A DNA stretch of 37,585 bases from a virus (Duplodnaviria; Heunggongvirae; Uroviricota; Caudoviricetes). Position 1 is the first letter of the stretch. The number at the start of each line of letters is the position of its first letter. The notes beneath the pieces were generated by a model, which was given only the letters and a program-made list of their open reading frames with translations, ran no database searches and was not told the origin of the DNA. Made by a program: the position numbers and the translations under genes. This document shows positions 28,391-37,585 of the stretch, in pieces. The stretch lies in the IMG/VR virus record IMGVR_UViG_2675903368_000016. One strand, given 5' to 3'.

Positions 28391-28401
28391 AAAAAGTCAC
28401 C

Positions 28402-28590
28402 TCAACTGATGACATCCATTGAGCGGTTGTATTCGTGGGTTCTGATTTTTGCCATGAGTTCATCTGTTAGTTCAGAAACCCACTGCAAAGCCAGCCCCTT
28501 CTCTTCATCACTACACTCACTAGCCGCTACAAGCTTAAGAAAAAAATCAATGCGCTGGAGCTTCAAAGACTCCAAAAAATAGTCCTGCAT
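28402..28590 (-). CDS. Small protein co-transcribed with the DinI-like gene (possible Tum N-terminal module)
   Basis: 62-aa ORF starting 42 nt downstream of the LexA box and ending 11 nt before the DinI-like gene. Confidence 0.5.
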   Translation of the reverse strand: MQDYFLESLKLQRIDFFLKLVAASECSDEEKGLALQWVSELTDELMAKIRTHEYNRSMDVIS

Positions 28591-28631
28591 CTTTCCTCCT
28601 ATGACACCAAAGCAATACTGTAAATATAACC

Positions 28632-28650
28632 ACTGTTTATATTTACAGTA
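28632..28650. promoter_or_regulatory. LexA operator (SOS box)
   Basis: aCTGTttatatttACAGta matches CTGT-N8-ACAG with an AT-rich spacer; a second CTGT half-site sits at 28617-28620. Confidence 0.75.
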
Positions 28651-28741
28651 TATAATAATCTTACTGATGTAAAACGTTTTTTACGTTCATCAGCCTGATA
28701 TGCCTGGTATTATTAAGAGCACGAATTGTTAACCCGCGTAA

Positions 28742-31156
28742 TTAATACAGGTTTCGCCACTTATCATCTTCCTGCAAACGCTGGTTCCGATAGAAGATAC
28801 GCAGGCCTGCTCCTGACGGAATACTGCCGCCGCGAAGGAGTAAATCGACCTCTTTCTCGCTACCATCAAATCCTCTGGACTTCAGCTCATAGACGAGCTG
28901 CTGTCGCTGATGGTCTGTAATTCGCTGTTTGTAGTCTTTACGCCGTTTCGGTTTAACCAGGCGTAACCTTGCTGCCAGTTCCCGGCGCTCTTTTTTGCTC
29001 ATACTGTGCAGGTAATCGTGCAACTGCTTGTCATCCATGCGGGTAATGTCCGTTCTGGTGCCCCCATCAGCTGATTTATCTTTCTCCTGTTGGTTCAAAT
29101 TTTCAGCAAGGGGACAGTTATTGCCACGAGTCCAAGGGGCGCAAGCGCCCTGGTCGGCTGCCGCCTCCTGAACGTCAACGGCTTTACGAACCATTTTCCA
29201 CTTCACTGCATGAGTGCAGATCTTGCCCTCTGCAATGGGTGACCAGATGCCATAAATACGAATGCCGTGATCGCCATAGGCGGTCGGCTCTTCGTTGATT
29301 TCATAAGCGGTTCTGATGAGGTGATATTTACGGGGAACCAGTACGCCGCCCTGCTTCATGATGTAGGTGGCAAAACAACCAGCATCAGCAGCAGCCAGAA
29401 TGGCATCAAGACGCGGGTTATCCAGTACCGGCGCACCTGCTTTTTTGTCACCCTGTTGCCTTGCCGCCTGACCAGCCAGCAAGCGAAGTTCACGGTAAGC
29501 CTGACGCCCCGGAATACCAAAGAAGCGGAATTGCTGAACACGATGCAGAGACGCCCAGGCATTCACGTATTCAGCGTTATCACGCAGAGATTTACCCGTT
29601 TCCTTGCTGATCTCGCCAGCCAGACCACGACCGTCAATGTTCTTACTGATATATTTCGCGATGTAGCTTGTCGGCGTTCCTTTGCGCGGGTTAATCAACT
29701 CAGACTTAAAGCGCGGCCCAGTGTTATTGCCCAGCTCCTCGCGGTCTTCACGGATGGCAAACTTACGCAGTAATGCAGTGATGGCACGGCGGTCTTTTTT
29801 GCGCATGAAACACAACAGGTGCCAGTGAACTGTGCCATCATGATGCGGCTCAGCCACCCGCACGCCATACCAGCGCAACCCGGCTTTGTGCATCGCCTTA
29901 CGAAATGCAGCAAACATGCCGACCAGATAATCGCTGCTTTGTCTTACCGTCGCGTTTGTCCAGGTCGGGTTTGGTCTGCCGTTATTTAGCGTGGAATGGA
30001 AACGCGACGGACAGGTGATAGTGTAGAAAACGGCGCAGTCACCGCGCATTTCCGCGATAAGCTCCAGACCTTTAACACAGGCCATCATCTCATTGCGGCG
30101 ATGCGCAGGGTTGCTGCTGCTGGCGTTTACCACATCCTCCATGTCCAGCGTGTCGCCGTCTTCGTTCACCAGTTCATGAGAACGGAAAAACTCCAGCGAC
30201 TTACGGCGCTGCTCACGTTTATGCATCACGGCTTCATAGCTGACATAAGGAGATGCTTTTTTGCTGACCAGGCAAACAGCGCGCAACTGCTCTTCCCGCC
30301 ATTCGCAACGCATCTTCCATAATTTCCGATACCACCAGTCGGCGCACAACATACGCGCCAGCGAACCCGGAATGAGTTCATAGGGCACGGGTTTACGGCG
30401 GTTTCTTTTCCGACGGAGTTGCTCAAACGCAGGTGGGATGACATCCAGACGCAGGGTTTCCGCTGCCACCTTTTCCCATGTCTTGCGGATTTCTTCTGGC
30501 TTAACGTCATCGGTGGCATACAAATCACCACAAGCTGCATCAAGGCACATACTCATATGCGCAGCTACCAGGGTGGACAGGCGTTTCACCTGATCCTGAC
30601 TCATTTCAGGCAGGATCAGCAGGCCGTCCAGCCCTTCATGGCTTGCCATAAAGCGAAAAGATGCAGATAGCTGACTGTCGCGTACATGCTCCAGTCGTTC
30701 CAGACATGGCTTAATCGTCTCACGTAAATAGCGGGAATAAGCCTTTGGCCTGCCCAGGCTGCTGAAGTATTCAATACGTTGCATCAGCGGCTTGCTGATA
30801 TGGGAAGGCTGGGCGTTGACGTCCGCCAGAATGACCATGTCTGAATTAAAACGCTGCTGCTCATGCGCCAGCTTTGCCCGGCTAATGAGCTTATCCTGCT
30901 CCATTTCGCGCTGGACAGGATCACGTGATTCATTAAAGAAATAACGCTCCCAGACCTGATCACTCAGTGCCTCGCGGCGCAACTGTTCCTGCTCGTTATC
31001 GGCAGCGTACAGAGTGATCAGGTTTGAAAGCGTAGAAACCGGCGCAACTTCCGCCGGGTCCAGATAAGGGTTAATGGCCTTTTTCGGGCTGTTCCATGAG
31101 AATGCTGCGGCAGCCTCGTTAAAGCCGCAGCAGTTGTTCATATCGGCATGACTCAT
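28742..31156 (-). CDS. A: Replication initiation protein gpA (rolling-circle nickase)
   Basis: 804-aa ORF at the end of the early operon; size and position fit P2/186 A. Confidence 0.8.
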   Translation of the reverse strand: MSHADMNNCCGFNEAAAAFSWNSPKKAINPYLDPAEVAPVSTLSNLITLYAADNEQEQLRREALSDQVWERYFFNESRDPVQREMEQDKLISRAKLAHEQQRFNSDMVILADVNAQPSHISKPLMQRIEYFSSLGRPKAYSRYLRETIKPCLERLEHVRDSQLSASFRFMASHEGLDGLLILPEMSQDQVKRLSTLVAAHMSMCLDAACGDLYATDDVKPEEIRKTWEKVAAETLRLDVIPPAFEQLRRKRNRRKPVPYELIPGSLARMLCADWWYRKLWKMRCEWREEQLRAVCLVSKKASPYVSYEAVMHKREQRRKSLEFFRSHELVNEDGDTLDMEDVVNASSSNPAHRRNEMMACVKGLELIAEMRGDCAVFYTITCPSRFHSTLNNGRPNPTWTNATVRQSSDYLVGMFAAFRKAMHKAGLRWYGVRVAEPHHDGTVHWHLLCFMRKKDRRAITALLRKFAIREDREELGNNTGPRFKSELINPRKGTPTSYIAKYISKNIDGRGLAGEISKETGKSLRDNAEYVNAWASLHRVQQFRFFGIPGRQAYRELRLLAGQAARQQGDKKAGAPVLDNPRLDAILAAADAGCFATYIMKQGGVLVPRKYHLIRTAYEINEEPTAYGDHGIRIYGIWSPIAEGKICTHAVKWKMVRKAVDVQEAAADQGACAPWTRGNNCPLAENLNQQEKDKSADGGTRTDITRMDDKQLHDYLHSMSKKERRELAARLRLVKPKRRKDYKQRITDHQRQQLVYELKSRGFDGSEKEVDLLLRGGSIPSGAGLRIFYRNQRLQEDDKWRNLY

Positions 31157-32010
31157 GCACGTACTTCGTACACGGCAGAACTATCCACGCCACGCGAATA
31201 ATCAAATCCCATCCAGCAGCGCGGCCCGGAAACAGCAATGATTTCTGTTGCTGATTTACCCTCGCCAGCTGCCACACCGATGCTGCGTTTTACCTTGATA
31301 TAGTGGTGAGTAAAATTGCGATACAGCGAACGGATCAGGGATGTGTCACTGTTAGAAACAATGACCGGATGTCCTTCTGATGACCGATGTTCAAGAACGG
31401 ATGCCAGGTGATACTGGTCATCTTCAGTGAAACCATCAGTGTGATAGCCGGAAAACACACCGTCATATGGCGGATCGCAATACACCACATCTCCCGCCTT
31501 CAACATCGCCAGCGTTTCATCAAAGCTGGCGCAGATAAACGTTGCTCGCTGGGCTTTTTCTGCAAATGTGCGAAGTTCTTTTTCAGGGAAATACGGATTT
31601 TTATAATTACCGTAGGGAATGTTGAAATGCCCGCTCTTGTTATAGCGACATAAACCACGGTAACCGTGACGATTGAGATACAGGAAATATACCGCTTTCA
31701 TGAAATCAGTAATTTCAGTTGAGCAGTTAAACTCCTGCCTTATGTTGTAATAAGCCACCTCCCTGTTTGCGATCTCAAATAAAACTCTGGCGCGAGATAT
31801 AAACGATTCACAATCAGCGGCAACCTTTTTATAGAGGTTGATTAAATCAGGATTAATATCCGCAACCAGATAGCTGGGATAATCCGTTTCCATCATCACA
31901 GCACAGGAACCCGCGAAAGGTTCAACCAGTCGCGGGCCAGCAGGAAGGTATTTTTTCAGTTCTGGCATAATGGCGGTTTTATTTCCCGCCCATTTCAGGA
32001 TGGTGCTCAT
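31153..32010 (-). CDS. DNA adenine methyltransferase (Dam family)
   Basis: [11 protein letters not shown] (AdoMet-binding region) and DPPY catalytic motif; start at the internal Met overlaps the upstream stop. Confidence 0.8.
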   Translation of the reverse strand: MSTILKWAGNKTAIMPELKKYLPAGPRLVEPFAGSCAVMMETDYPSYLVADINPDLINLYKKVAADCESFISRARVLFEIANREVAYYNIRQEFNCSTEITDFMKAVYFLYLNRHGYRGLCRYNKSGHFNIPYGNYKNPYFPEKELRTFAEKAQRATFICASFDETLAMLKAGDVVYCDPPYDGVFSGYHTDGFTEDDQYHLASVLEHRSSEGHPVIVSNSDTSLIRSLYRNFTHHYIKVKRSIGVAAGEGKSATEIIAVSGPRCWMGFDYSRGVDSSAVYEVRA

Positions 32011-32234
32011 ACAGCACCTCCGTTGTAATGTTTGCCTTTCAGTTCTGCGATTTCCTGACAGGTAATGCAAAGCTGCACTCCCGGAATGGCGCGGCGTCGT
32101 GCTGGCGGAATTGGCGCTTCACATTCAATGCAAAGTACGCGTGACACGCCCGGTGATTTGGCACGGGCTGCACGGATATGGCGCTGGCGTTCTTCTTCAA
32201 CGCGCTGCTGTACGAGATCCATTGCATCAGCCAT
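32007..32234 (-). CDS. TraR/DksA-family C4 zinc-finger protein
   Basis: 75-aa ORF with C-x2-C ... C-x2-C (CIECEA...CITCQ). Confidence 0.7.
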   Translation of the reverse strand: MADAMDLVQQRVEEERQRHIRAARAKSPGVSRVLCIECEAPIPPARRRAIPGVQLCITCQEIAELKGKHYNGGAV

Positions 32235-32473
32235 TAGTGGATCTCCTGCGCTTCGTTCTGGATTGCTTCAGCAGTCACGCGCAGCAGTTCTGCCGCTTCC
32301 ACGTGGTTTAGCTGGCGGGATGAGATATGACACGCCAGGCTATCAAGGCGAGCAGCCATTGCTTCAGCCCTTGCCCGGCGTTCTTCCAGACGAGCCTCTG
32401 TCAGTAAAATATTAAGCCCTGCGTCATCCGGTCCGGTTTTAGTCGTGAGGGTTTCAATATTACGCATAATCAA
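32234..32473 (-). CDS. Hypothetical early protein (79 aa)
   Basis: ORF in the early operon with the following gene starting immediately at its stop; no family assigned. Confidence 0.5.
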   Translation of the reverse strand: MIMRNIETLTTKTGPDDAGLNILLTEARLEERRARAEAMAARLDSLACHISSRQLNHVEAAELLRVTAEAIQNEAQEIH

Positions 32474-32534
32474 TTCTCCTGAATTTAGATAAAGGGATGC
32501 CCAGCGGGTTTACGCCATTAATTTCATTAGTTGG

Positions 32535-32876
32535 TTAATTCGGCATGGTTAGCCGTCTGGGAAATAAGCTCACCACTGCACGAAAATGATTCATTGCTTT
32601 AATCAGCTCCCGCTTTTCGTCAGTGGTCAGCTCATTAATGCTGATGCTATGACGTTCAGCTGGAATTTTTGCCATAAAGAATATGGCAGCCAGTGCCCGT
32701 TTATTTTGTTCATTATTGATATCCCGTGGATCACGCATATCTTTAATAAACCGCTCAAGCTCTGACTCAATATTCAGGCCAAAAACTTTCGCCCTTAACT
32801 CCGCAATGTGATTAAGTCCATTCAGGCGTTCACCGGGGCTTAATGGAACAGTTGCTGCAGCGCCATTAATTGCCAT
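32535..32876 (-). CDS. Hypothetical early protein (113 aa)
   Basis: ORF in the early operon between cII-proximal genes and the TraR-like gene. Confidence 0.5.
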   Translation of the reverse strand: MAINGAAATVPLSPGERLNGLNHIAELRAKVFGLNIESELERFIKDMRDPRDINNEQNKRALAAIFFMAKIPAERHSISINELTTDEKRELIKAMNHFRAVVSLFPRRLTMPN

Positions 32877-32898
32877 ACTTCATATCCCCCAAACGCAG

Positions 32899-33123
32899 CT
32901 ATCGTTCTTTGTTCTTACGGTAACGCTCAAGAGGAGATACATTTTTTCGTATCGTCTCTTTAACCTGCTCTCCCCGTAAAAACGTCCCATCCTTTAACGT
33001 GAAAAAGTAACTGCCATCGCCCGACAATGACGGATAGCAACAGAGCAAATCATCTTCAGGTACTGAATAACTCTCCCCTCTGTAACGAAACTGATAAACC
33101 ACTTCACTTTCTGCCGCATACAT
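32899..33123 (-). CDS. Hypothetical early protein (74 aa)
   Basis: ORF MYAAESEVVYQFRYRG...; overlaps the upstream ORF by about 130 nt in another frame. Confidence 0.45.
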   Translation of the reverse strand: MYAAESEVVYQFRYRGESYSVPEDDLLCCYPSLSGDGSYFFTLKDGTFLRGEQVKETIRKNVSPLERYRKNKER

Positions 33124-33323
33124 TTGGACTTTCTCCGTTTCCTCGTGGTCAATTCAGACAGCAATTCATCTTGTGAATGACATGGATGCCAGCGTTTTCC
33201 ATCCTCACCCGTGATCCAGCCGTGACCGTAGTGCATTGCCGGGCTTTGTTTTACCAGCAGCGATGCAAATGATGGTTCTTTCGTCAGCATAAACACCTCA
33301 CAGCAAACCGAATGAAGCACCAA
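32994..33323 (-). CDS. Hypothetical early protein (about 98-109 aa; position of 186 fil)
   Basis: ORF containing MLTKEPSFASLLVKQSPAMHYGHGWITGEDGKRWHPC...; start uncertain. Confidence 0.45.
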   Translation of the reverse strand: MVLHSVCCEVFMLTKEPSFASLLVKQSPAMHYGHGWITGEDGKRWHPCHSQDELLSELTTRKRRKSKCMRQKVKWFISFVTEGRVIQYLKMICSVAIRHCRAMAVTFSR

Positions 33324-33807
33324 GGCCAGTCATGGTATCAACTGCACTCGCCATCGCAGGATTAGCCTGTAAACGGGCTTGCAATGAAACAGCAGCCAGC
33401 GCCATCAGTCGTGTTACAGAGTTAATGCTGCTGATAGCATCACGACGACCGGCACTAGTTTTTACATCACCAGATACCGCACCTGCTGCAACACGCCCGA
33501 TCTCTGCAGTTGCGCTCATGACGTAATGCGGCAGTTTCTCTTTTGCTACCTCATTAATCGGTACACATGGCAGACAATGAATCTGTGCCAGAAAACCATC
33601 TACCAACGTTGAATCTTCAGTCAGATCGGTAAGCAGCCAGATTTCTGGTGCGGTTAATAAATGAGGTTGAGCTGGGTTCAGCTTGTTCCGCAGAATCTGC
33701 ACATTCATGCCCGCACGTTCTGCCAGTTGCACCAGATTGTGGCGCAGTGCGAATGCACGACAGGCTTCATCAAAATGTGGATGTTTGGAAACTTGGTAAT
33801 CAAACAT
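33298..33807 (-). CDS. cII: CII-like establishment regulator (186-type)
   Basis: 169 aa from internal [19 protein letters not shown]...; second gene of the lytic operon after apl. Confidence 0.7.
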   Translation of the reverse strand: MFDYQVSKHPHFDEACRAFALRHNLVQLAERAGMNVQILRNKLNPAQPHLLTAPEIWLLTDLTEDSTLVDGFLAQIHCLPCVPINEVAKEKLPHYVMSATAEIGRVAAGAVSGDVKTSAGRRDAISSINSVTRLMALAAVSLQARLQANPAMASAVDTMTGLGASFGLL

Positions 33808-33839
33808 GGTCGACACCTCTGATGTATCCCAAAATGGAA

Positions 33840-34061
33840 CTAGTTGAATACAACATTGCAATCAGTAAGTGCATCAACGGTAAGAGCAGCAAGGTTGATC
33901 ATTACCTTTTCTCTTTTCTTGTCTTTACGAAGACGATGCCGAGGAATGCGACCATCCGCCAACATATCGTTGATTGTGTCGATTGAAAGACCAGTAAGTT
34001 CGCTATAACGCTCGATTGTGACGTGTGGCGTATTCAGAGTTATTGAAATGTTAGGGGTCAT
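33840..34061 (-). CDS. apl: Apl/Cox-type excisionase and lytic-switch regulator
   Basis: 73 aa from [33 protein letters not shown]..., an HTH excisionase-like ORF divergent from cI. Confidence 0.7.
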   Translation of the reverse strand: MTPNISITLNTPHVTIERYSELTGLSIDTINDMLADGRIPRHRLRKDKKREKVMINLAALTVDALTDCNVVFN

Positions 34062-34111
34062 GATGCAACATCTCCTATTGGCTTGTGGTGAGCCTGTAGT
34101 AATCGTGACAA

Positions 34112-34127
34112 GTACCCAATTGGGTAC
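34112..34127. promoter_or_regulatory. Perfect 16-bp palindrome in the apl/cI switch region (candidate repressor operator)
   Basis: GTACCCAATTGGGTAC between the divergent apl and cI starts; AGTACCCA recurs at the cI start. Confidence 0.45.
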
Positions 34128-34156
34128 AAAACTGATACTAGGATCGCAAAAGAGAT

Positions 34157-34753
34157 ATGTCAACATCAAAGTACCCAAGTGAGATCAAAATAAATCCCAA
34201 TAAAGGTGGTAAGGCTGCGATTGAGCGATTAGTCGAAGCCTATGGCTTTACGACACGACAGGCTTTAGCTGATCACTTGGAAGTATCAAAAAGCACACTA
34301 GCGAACAGGTATTTGCGGGATACATTTCCTGCTGACTGGATAATCCAATGTGCTCTTGAAACAGGAACCTCCCTCAAATGGTTAACTACCGGACAAGGCC
34401 TTAAGCAAAGCTCGCTGACAGCAGCTACAGAAGAGCTTGTTAAGTTTCGCCTTGCCGCAGGCAAAATGATTGAAGACGGTTCATATGTCTTCGATTCATC
34501 ATTTCTTCCTGCAAACCTTTCATCACCAATTGTTGTTCAGGATGGACTCGTCACATACATTTGTGATCAAAAATTTTCTGAAGTACTTGATGGAAACTGG
34601 TTAATCAATATCGACGGAACCTATTCCATTCGAAAAATCACAAGGCTTCCTAAAGGAATGATTAAAATTACAACGGCAGAGAATAGCTTTGAATGTGCAT
34701 TTTCTGATATTGAAGTGGTTGCTTGTATAAGAAGTACAATAGTCTCGAATTAA
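34157..34753 (+). CDS. cI: CI-type immunity repressor
   Basis: 198-aa ORF with N-terminal HTH (TTRQALADHLEVSKSTLANR), divergent from apl and upstream of int. Confidence 0.7.
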   Translation: MSTSKYPSEIKINPNKGGKAAIERLVEAYGFTTRQALADHLEVSKSTLANRYLRDTFPADWIIQCALETGTSLKWLTTGQGLKQSSLTAATEELVKFRLAAGKMIEDGSYVFDSSFLPANLSSPIVVQDGLVTYICDQKFSEVLDGNWLINIDGTYSIRKITRLPKGMIKITTAENSFECAFSDIEVVACIRSTIVSN

Positions 34754-34773
34754 TATAGTAAAAGGATTTTAAA

Positions 34774-36450
34774 ATGAATTCATTTGCCATCGTTATACTC
34801 TTATTAGCATTTCTCGCCCCTGTTCTAGCTGTAATATTATTTAAACAAAGTAAAAAACACAAAGCGGCTATAGATAACCTGACAGCTAACAACATAGCCC
34901 TTTCTAACCAACTGATTGAAAATCAAGAAAAACTAGCACAGACCGTACGAGAATTATCAGAGCTTGAAGGGCGAGCAGCACCATTGTGGCAATACGAAGA
35001 ATTGCACAGCGCAGTAATGGATGCAGAGAATAAGATAAAAAATGCGGACTCAATAGCCAAGCAAAAAATAGATGAAGCCCAAATTAAGGCGGCTAAAACA
35101 GTAAACGAAGCAAATTATCAAGCTCAGATGACAATAAGCAACGCTAATAGCGAAGCTATAGCAATCACCAAAGACGCTCGCGATGCACGCCTGAAAGCCA
35201 AAGAACGTCTTGATAATGCTAATAATAAAGCAAATGAGCTAATCTCAAATGCTAATGACAATGCAGTAAAAATTATTTCTGATGCAGAAGAAAGAGCAAA
35301 GGAGATTGCTGGTTCAGCATATGAAGCTAAAGAGTTTGCAGAAAAATATGAAGCAGTTGCAAAATCAATGAAAAATAAAATTGAAGGTTATGGTGATGAA
35401 TGGATCATCCCTAACCGTAGTGTACTTGATGAGCTGGCAGAAAATTATGAATTTACAGATGCAGGCAAGGAATTACAAAAAGCCAGAGAGTTAACCAAAT
35501 CATTAATAAAAACTAATAAAGCTGCTTCGTGTGATTATGTTGAGCAAAACAGGCGTAATACTGCCATAAACTTTGTTTTGGATGCCTTCAATGGAAGAGT
35601 TGACAGTATTTTATCAAAAGTCAAACACAACAATTTTGGAAAACTTTCCCAAGAAATAAAAGATGCATTTCAACTAGTAAATTACAATGGCTCTGCCTTT
35701 AGGTCCGCAAAAATAAGTGACATCTATCTTCAGGCAAGACTCAACGAGCTAAAATGGGGTGTAGCAGTTAATGAAATTATGCTCGAAGAAAAAGAAGAGC
35801 AAAGAAGGATTAAAGAACAGCTTCGTGAAGAGGAAAGAGCTCGTAGAGAATATGAAAAAGCGATAAAAGAAGCTGAAAAAGAAGAAAAAGCTATTCAGCA
35901 AGCTATAAATAAAGCAACGAAAGAACTTATGCTTGCAAATGAAGAACAACGCTTAGCTTTAGAGCAAAAAATAGCTGAACTACAGTTAAAATATGAAGAA
36001 GCTGAAGCTAAAAATCAACGAGCTATTTCTATGGCTCAACAAACCAGATCAGGCCACGTCTATATCATTAGTAATATTGGTTCATTTGGCGAAGATGTAT
36101 ATAAAATTGGAATGACACGCCGCCTTGAACCACTTGATCGTGTTCGTGAACTCGGAGATGCTAGTGTTCCTTTTTCGTTCGATGTTCATGCGATGATTTA
36201 TAGTGATGATGCACCATCATTAGAAAACCATCTGCATAAAGTTTTCAACGAAAAGCAGGTCAATAAAATTAACTCACGAAAAGAGTTTTTTAACGTAAAT
36301 TTAAAAGAAATCAAATCAGTTATTGAAGACATGAACATCAACGCCCACTGGACAATGTTTGCAGAGGCGAAAGAATATAGAGAGTCTCTAGCTATTGAGC
36401 AGGAGCGCAAAGCAGCCACTTCCGCCAACGATGAACTACATGTTGCTTAG
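34774..36450 (+). CDS. Membrane-anchored coiled-coil protein with C-terminal GIY-YIG-like (T5orf172-type) domain; lysogeny-operon moron
   Basis: 558 aa: N-terminal TM helix, long coiled coil rich in A/E/K/N, C-terminal GHVYIISN...YKIGMTRRLEPLDRVRELG...; AT-rich; 20 nt after the cI stop. Confidence 0.7.
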   Translation: MNSFAIVILLLAFLAPVLAVILFKQSKKHKAAIDNLTANNIALSNQLIENQEKLAQTVRELSELEGRAAPLWQYEELHSAVMDAENKIKNADSIAKQKIDEAQIKAAKTVNEANYQAQMTISNANSEAIAITKDARDARLKAKERLDNANNKANELISNANDNAVKIISDAEERAKEIAGSAYEAKEFAEKYEAVAKSMKNKIEGYGDEWIIPNRSVLDELAENYEFTDAGKELQKARELTKSLIKTNKAASCDYVEQNRRNTAINFVLDAFNGRVDSILSKVKHNNFGKLSQEIKDAFQLVNYNGSAFRSAKISDIYLQARLNELKWGVAVNEIMLEEKEEQRRIKEQLREEERARREYEKAIKEAEKEEKAIQQAINKATKELMLANEEQRLALEQKIAELQLKYEEAEAKNQRAISMAQQTRSGHVYIISNIGSFGEDVYKIGMTRRLEPLDRVRELGDASVPFSFDVHAMIYSDDAPSLENHLHKVFNEKQVNKINSRKEFFNVNLKEIKSVIEDMNINAHWTMFAEAKEYRESLAIEQERKAATSANDELHVA

Positions 36451-36508
36451 CAATGTATGTTTCATAGTAATCACACATTGATTACTGGTTACATATACAG
36501 TTAAATTT

Positions 36509-36532
36509 AGCCCTCTGATATGAGGGCTTTTT
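36509..36532 (+). terminator. Rho-independent terminator abutting the int start codon
   Basis: Stem AGCCCTC / GAGGGCT with loop TGATAT, then TTTTT running into the int ATG. Confidence 0.55.
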
Positions 36533-37585
36533 ATGGCAGTACGAAAACTAACCACAGGGAAATGGCTTTGCGAATGTTACCCCGCCGGACGAAGTGGGCG
36601 TCGTGTGCGTAAACAATTCGCCACCAAAGGCGAAGCACTGGCTTTTGAGCGCCACACGATGGAAGAAACCGAAGCAAAGCCCTGGCTGGGTGAATCAGTG
36701 GATCGTCGAACACTGAAAGACGTGGTTGAGCTATGGTTCAAACTACATGGTAAATCTCTGACAGCTGGGCAGCATGTCTATGACAAATTGCTGTTGATGG
36801 TTGACGCTCTGGGCAATCCTCTTGCAACCGATCTCACCTCTAAAATGTTTGCCCACTATCGAGATAAACGCCTGACAGGCGAGATCTACTTCAGCGAGAA
36901 ATGGAAGAAAGGAGCAAGCCCGGTCACCATTAACCTGGAGCAAAGCTATCTAAGTAGTGTTTTTAGCGAACTATCCCGTCTGGGCGAATGGTCGTATCCG
37001 AACCCACTGGAGAACATGCGAAAATTCACCATCGCAGAAAAAGAGATGGCATGGCTTACCCATGAGCAGATTGTTGAATTGCTGGCTGATTGCAAACGTC
37101 AGGACCCAATTCTGGCACTGGTAGTTAAGATATGCTTAAGCACAGGCGCACGCTGGCGTGAAGCCGTAAATCTTACCCGCTCACAGGTGACCAAATACCG
37201 AATTACCTTTGTCAGAACGAAGGGGAAGAAAAACAGAAGCATCCCTATCAGTAAAGAGCTTTACGAAGAGATCATGGCGCTTGATGGGTTCAATTTCTTC
37301 ACAGACTGCTATTTTCAATTTTTATCCGTGATGGAAAAAACGTCTATCGTGCTCCCTCGCGGTCAACTCACACACGTTCTGCGCCATACGTTTGCGGCGC
37401 ACTTCATGATGTCGGGTGGAAACATTCTGGCCTTACAAAAAATTCTCGGACACCACGATATAAAAATGACTATGCGTTACGCACATCTGGCACCGGATCA
37501 TCTAGAAACGGCGCTCCGTTTCAATCCTCTGGCAACGCTGCCAAGTGGCGACAAAGTGGCGGCAGCGGTTGGCATTACCCCGTAA
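36533..37585 (+). CDS. int: Tyrosine integrase (P2/186 family)
   Basis: 350-aa ORF with ...LSTGARWREA...LRHTFAAHFMMSGGNILALQKILGHHDIKMTMRYAHL... (conserved R...H-x-x-R...Y residues); stop is the last codon of the window. Confidence 0.9.
   Translation: MAVRKLTTGKWLCECYPAGRSGRRVRKQFATKGEALAFERHTMEETEAKPWLGESVDRRTLKDVVELWFKLHGKSLTAGQHVYDKLLLMVDALGNPLATDLTSKMFAHYRDKRLTGEIYFSEKWKKGASPVTINLEQSYLSSVFSELSRLGEWSYPNPLENMRKFTIAEKEMAWLTHEQIVELLADCKRQDPILALVVKICLSTGARWREAVNLTRSQVTKYRITFVRTKGKKNRSIPISKELYEEIMALDGFNFFTDCYFQFLSVMEKTSIVLPRGQLTHVLRHTFAAHFMMSGGNILALQKILGHHDIKMTMRYAHLAPDHLETALRFNPLATLPSGDKVAAAVGITP

Larger units (their letters stand above)
2780..37585. mobile_element. P2/186-family prophage; left boundary approximate, right end beyond the window
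   Basis: Contiguous P2-type late-gene order plus 186-type early/lysogeny genes ending with a tyrosine integrase at the window edge; host genes stop at 2620. Confidence 0.9.

Noticed and set aside
28106-28582. 158-aa plus-strand ORF
   Set aside because: Antisense to the DinI-like gene and its partner, which have clear homology and a LexA box; no independent support.
1-37585. CRISPR arrays, rRNA or tRNA genes
   Set aside because: No regularly spaced direct repeats and no tRNA-like cloverleaf or rRNA-like sequence were seen; the only large repeats are the invertase and tail-fibre duplications.

Overview
The window holds an Escherichia-type chromosomal locus (grxA, ybjM, ybjL; 1-2620) followed by a ~35 kb P2/186-family prophage that runs from about 2.8 kb to the window end, where the integrase stop codon is the last base, so the right attachment site is outside the window. 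All calls rest on reading the ORF translations and the nucleotide sequence; no searches were run. The prophage has the P2 late-gene order on the minus strand (ogr, D, U, T, E/E', FII, FI, tail fibre, I, J, W, V, S, R, lysis genes, X, L, M, N, O), divergent P and Q on the plus strand, and a 186-like control region (DinI/Tum-like module behind a LexA box, A, Dam-like methylase, cII, apl, then cI and int). Three accessory loci stand out. (1) A tail-fibre DNA-inversion module with three 26-bp hix/gix-like crossover sites, two 100% identical invertase copies in inverted orientation, and a 1142-bp duplication whose one boundary is a hybrid crossover site. (2) An AT-rich operon of four small or membrane ORFs of unknown function at the cos-proximal position where P2 carries tin/old. 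(3) A 558-aa membrane-anchored coiled-coil protein with a C-terminal GIY-YIG-like module inserted between cI and int, closed by a terminator that abuts the int start codon. The major capsid gene N is split by a 1-bp frameshift, and a second frame break sits in a T9 homopolymer inside the accessory membrane-protein gene. No tRNA, rRNA or CRISPR array was seen.
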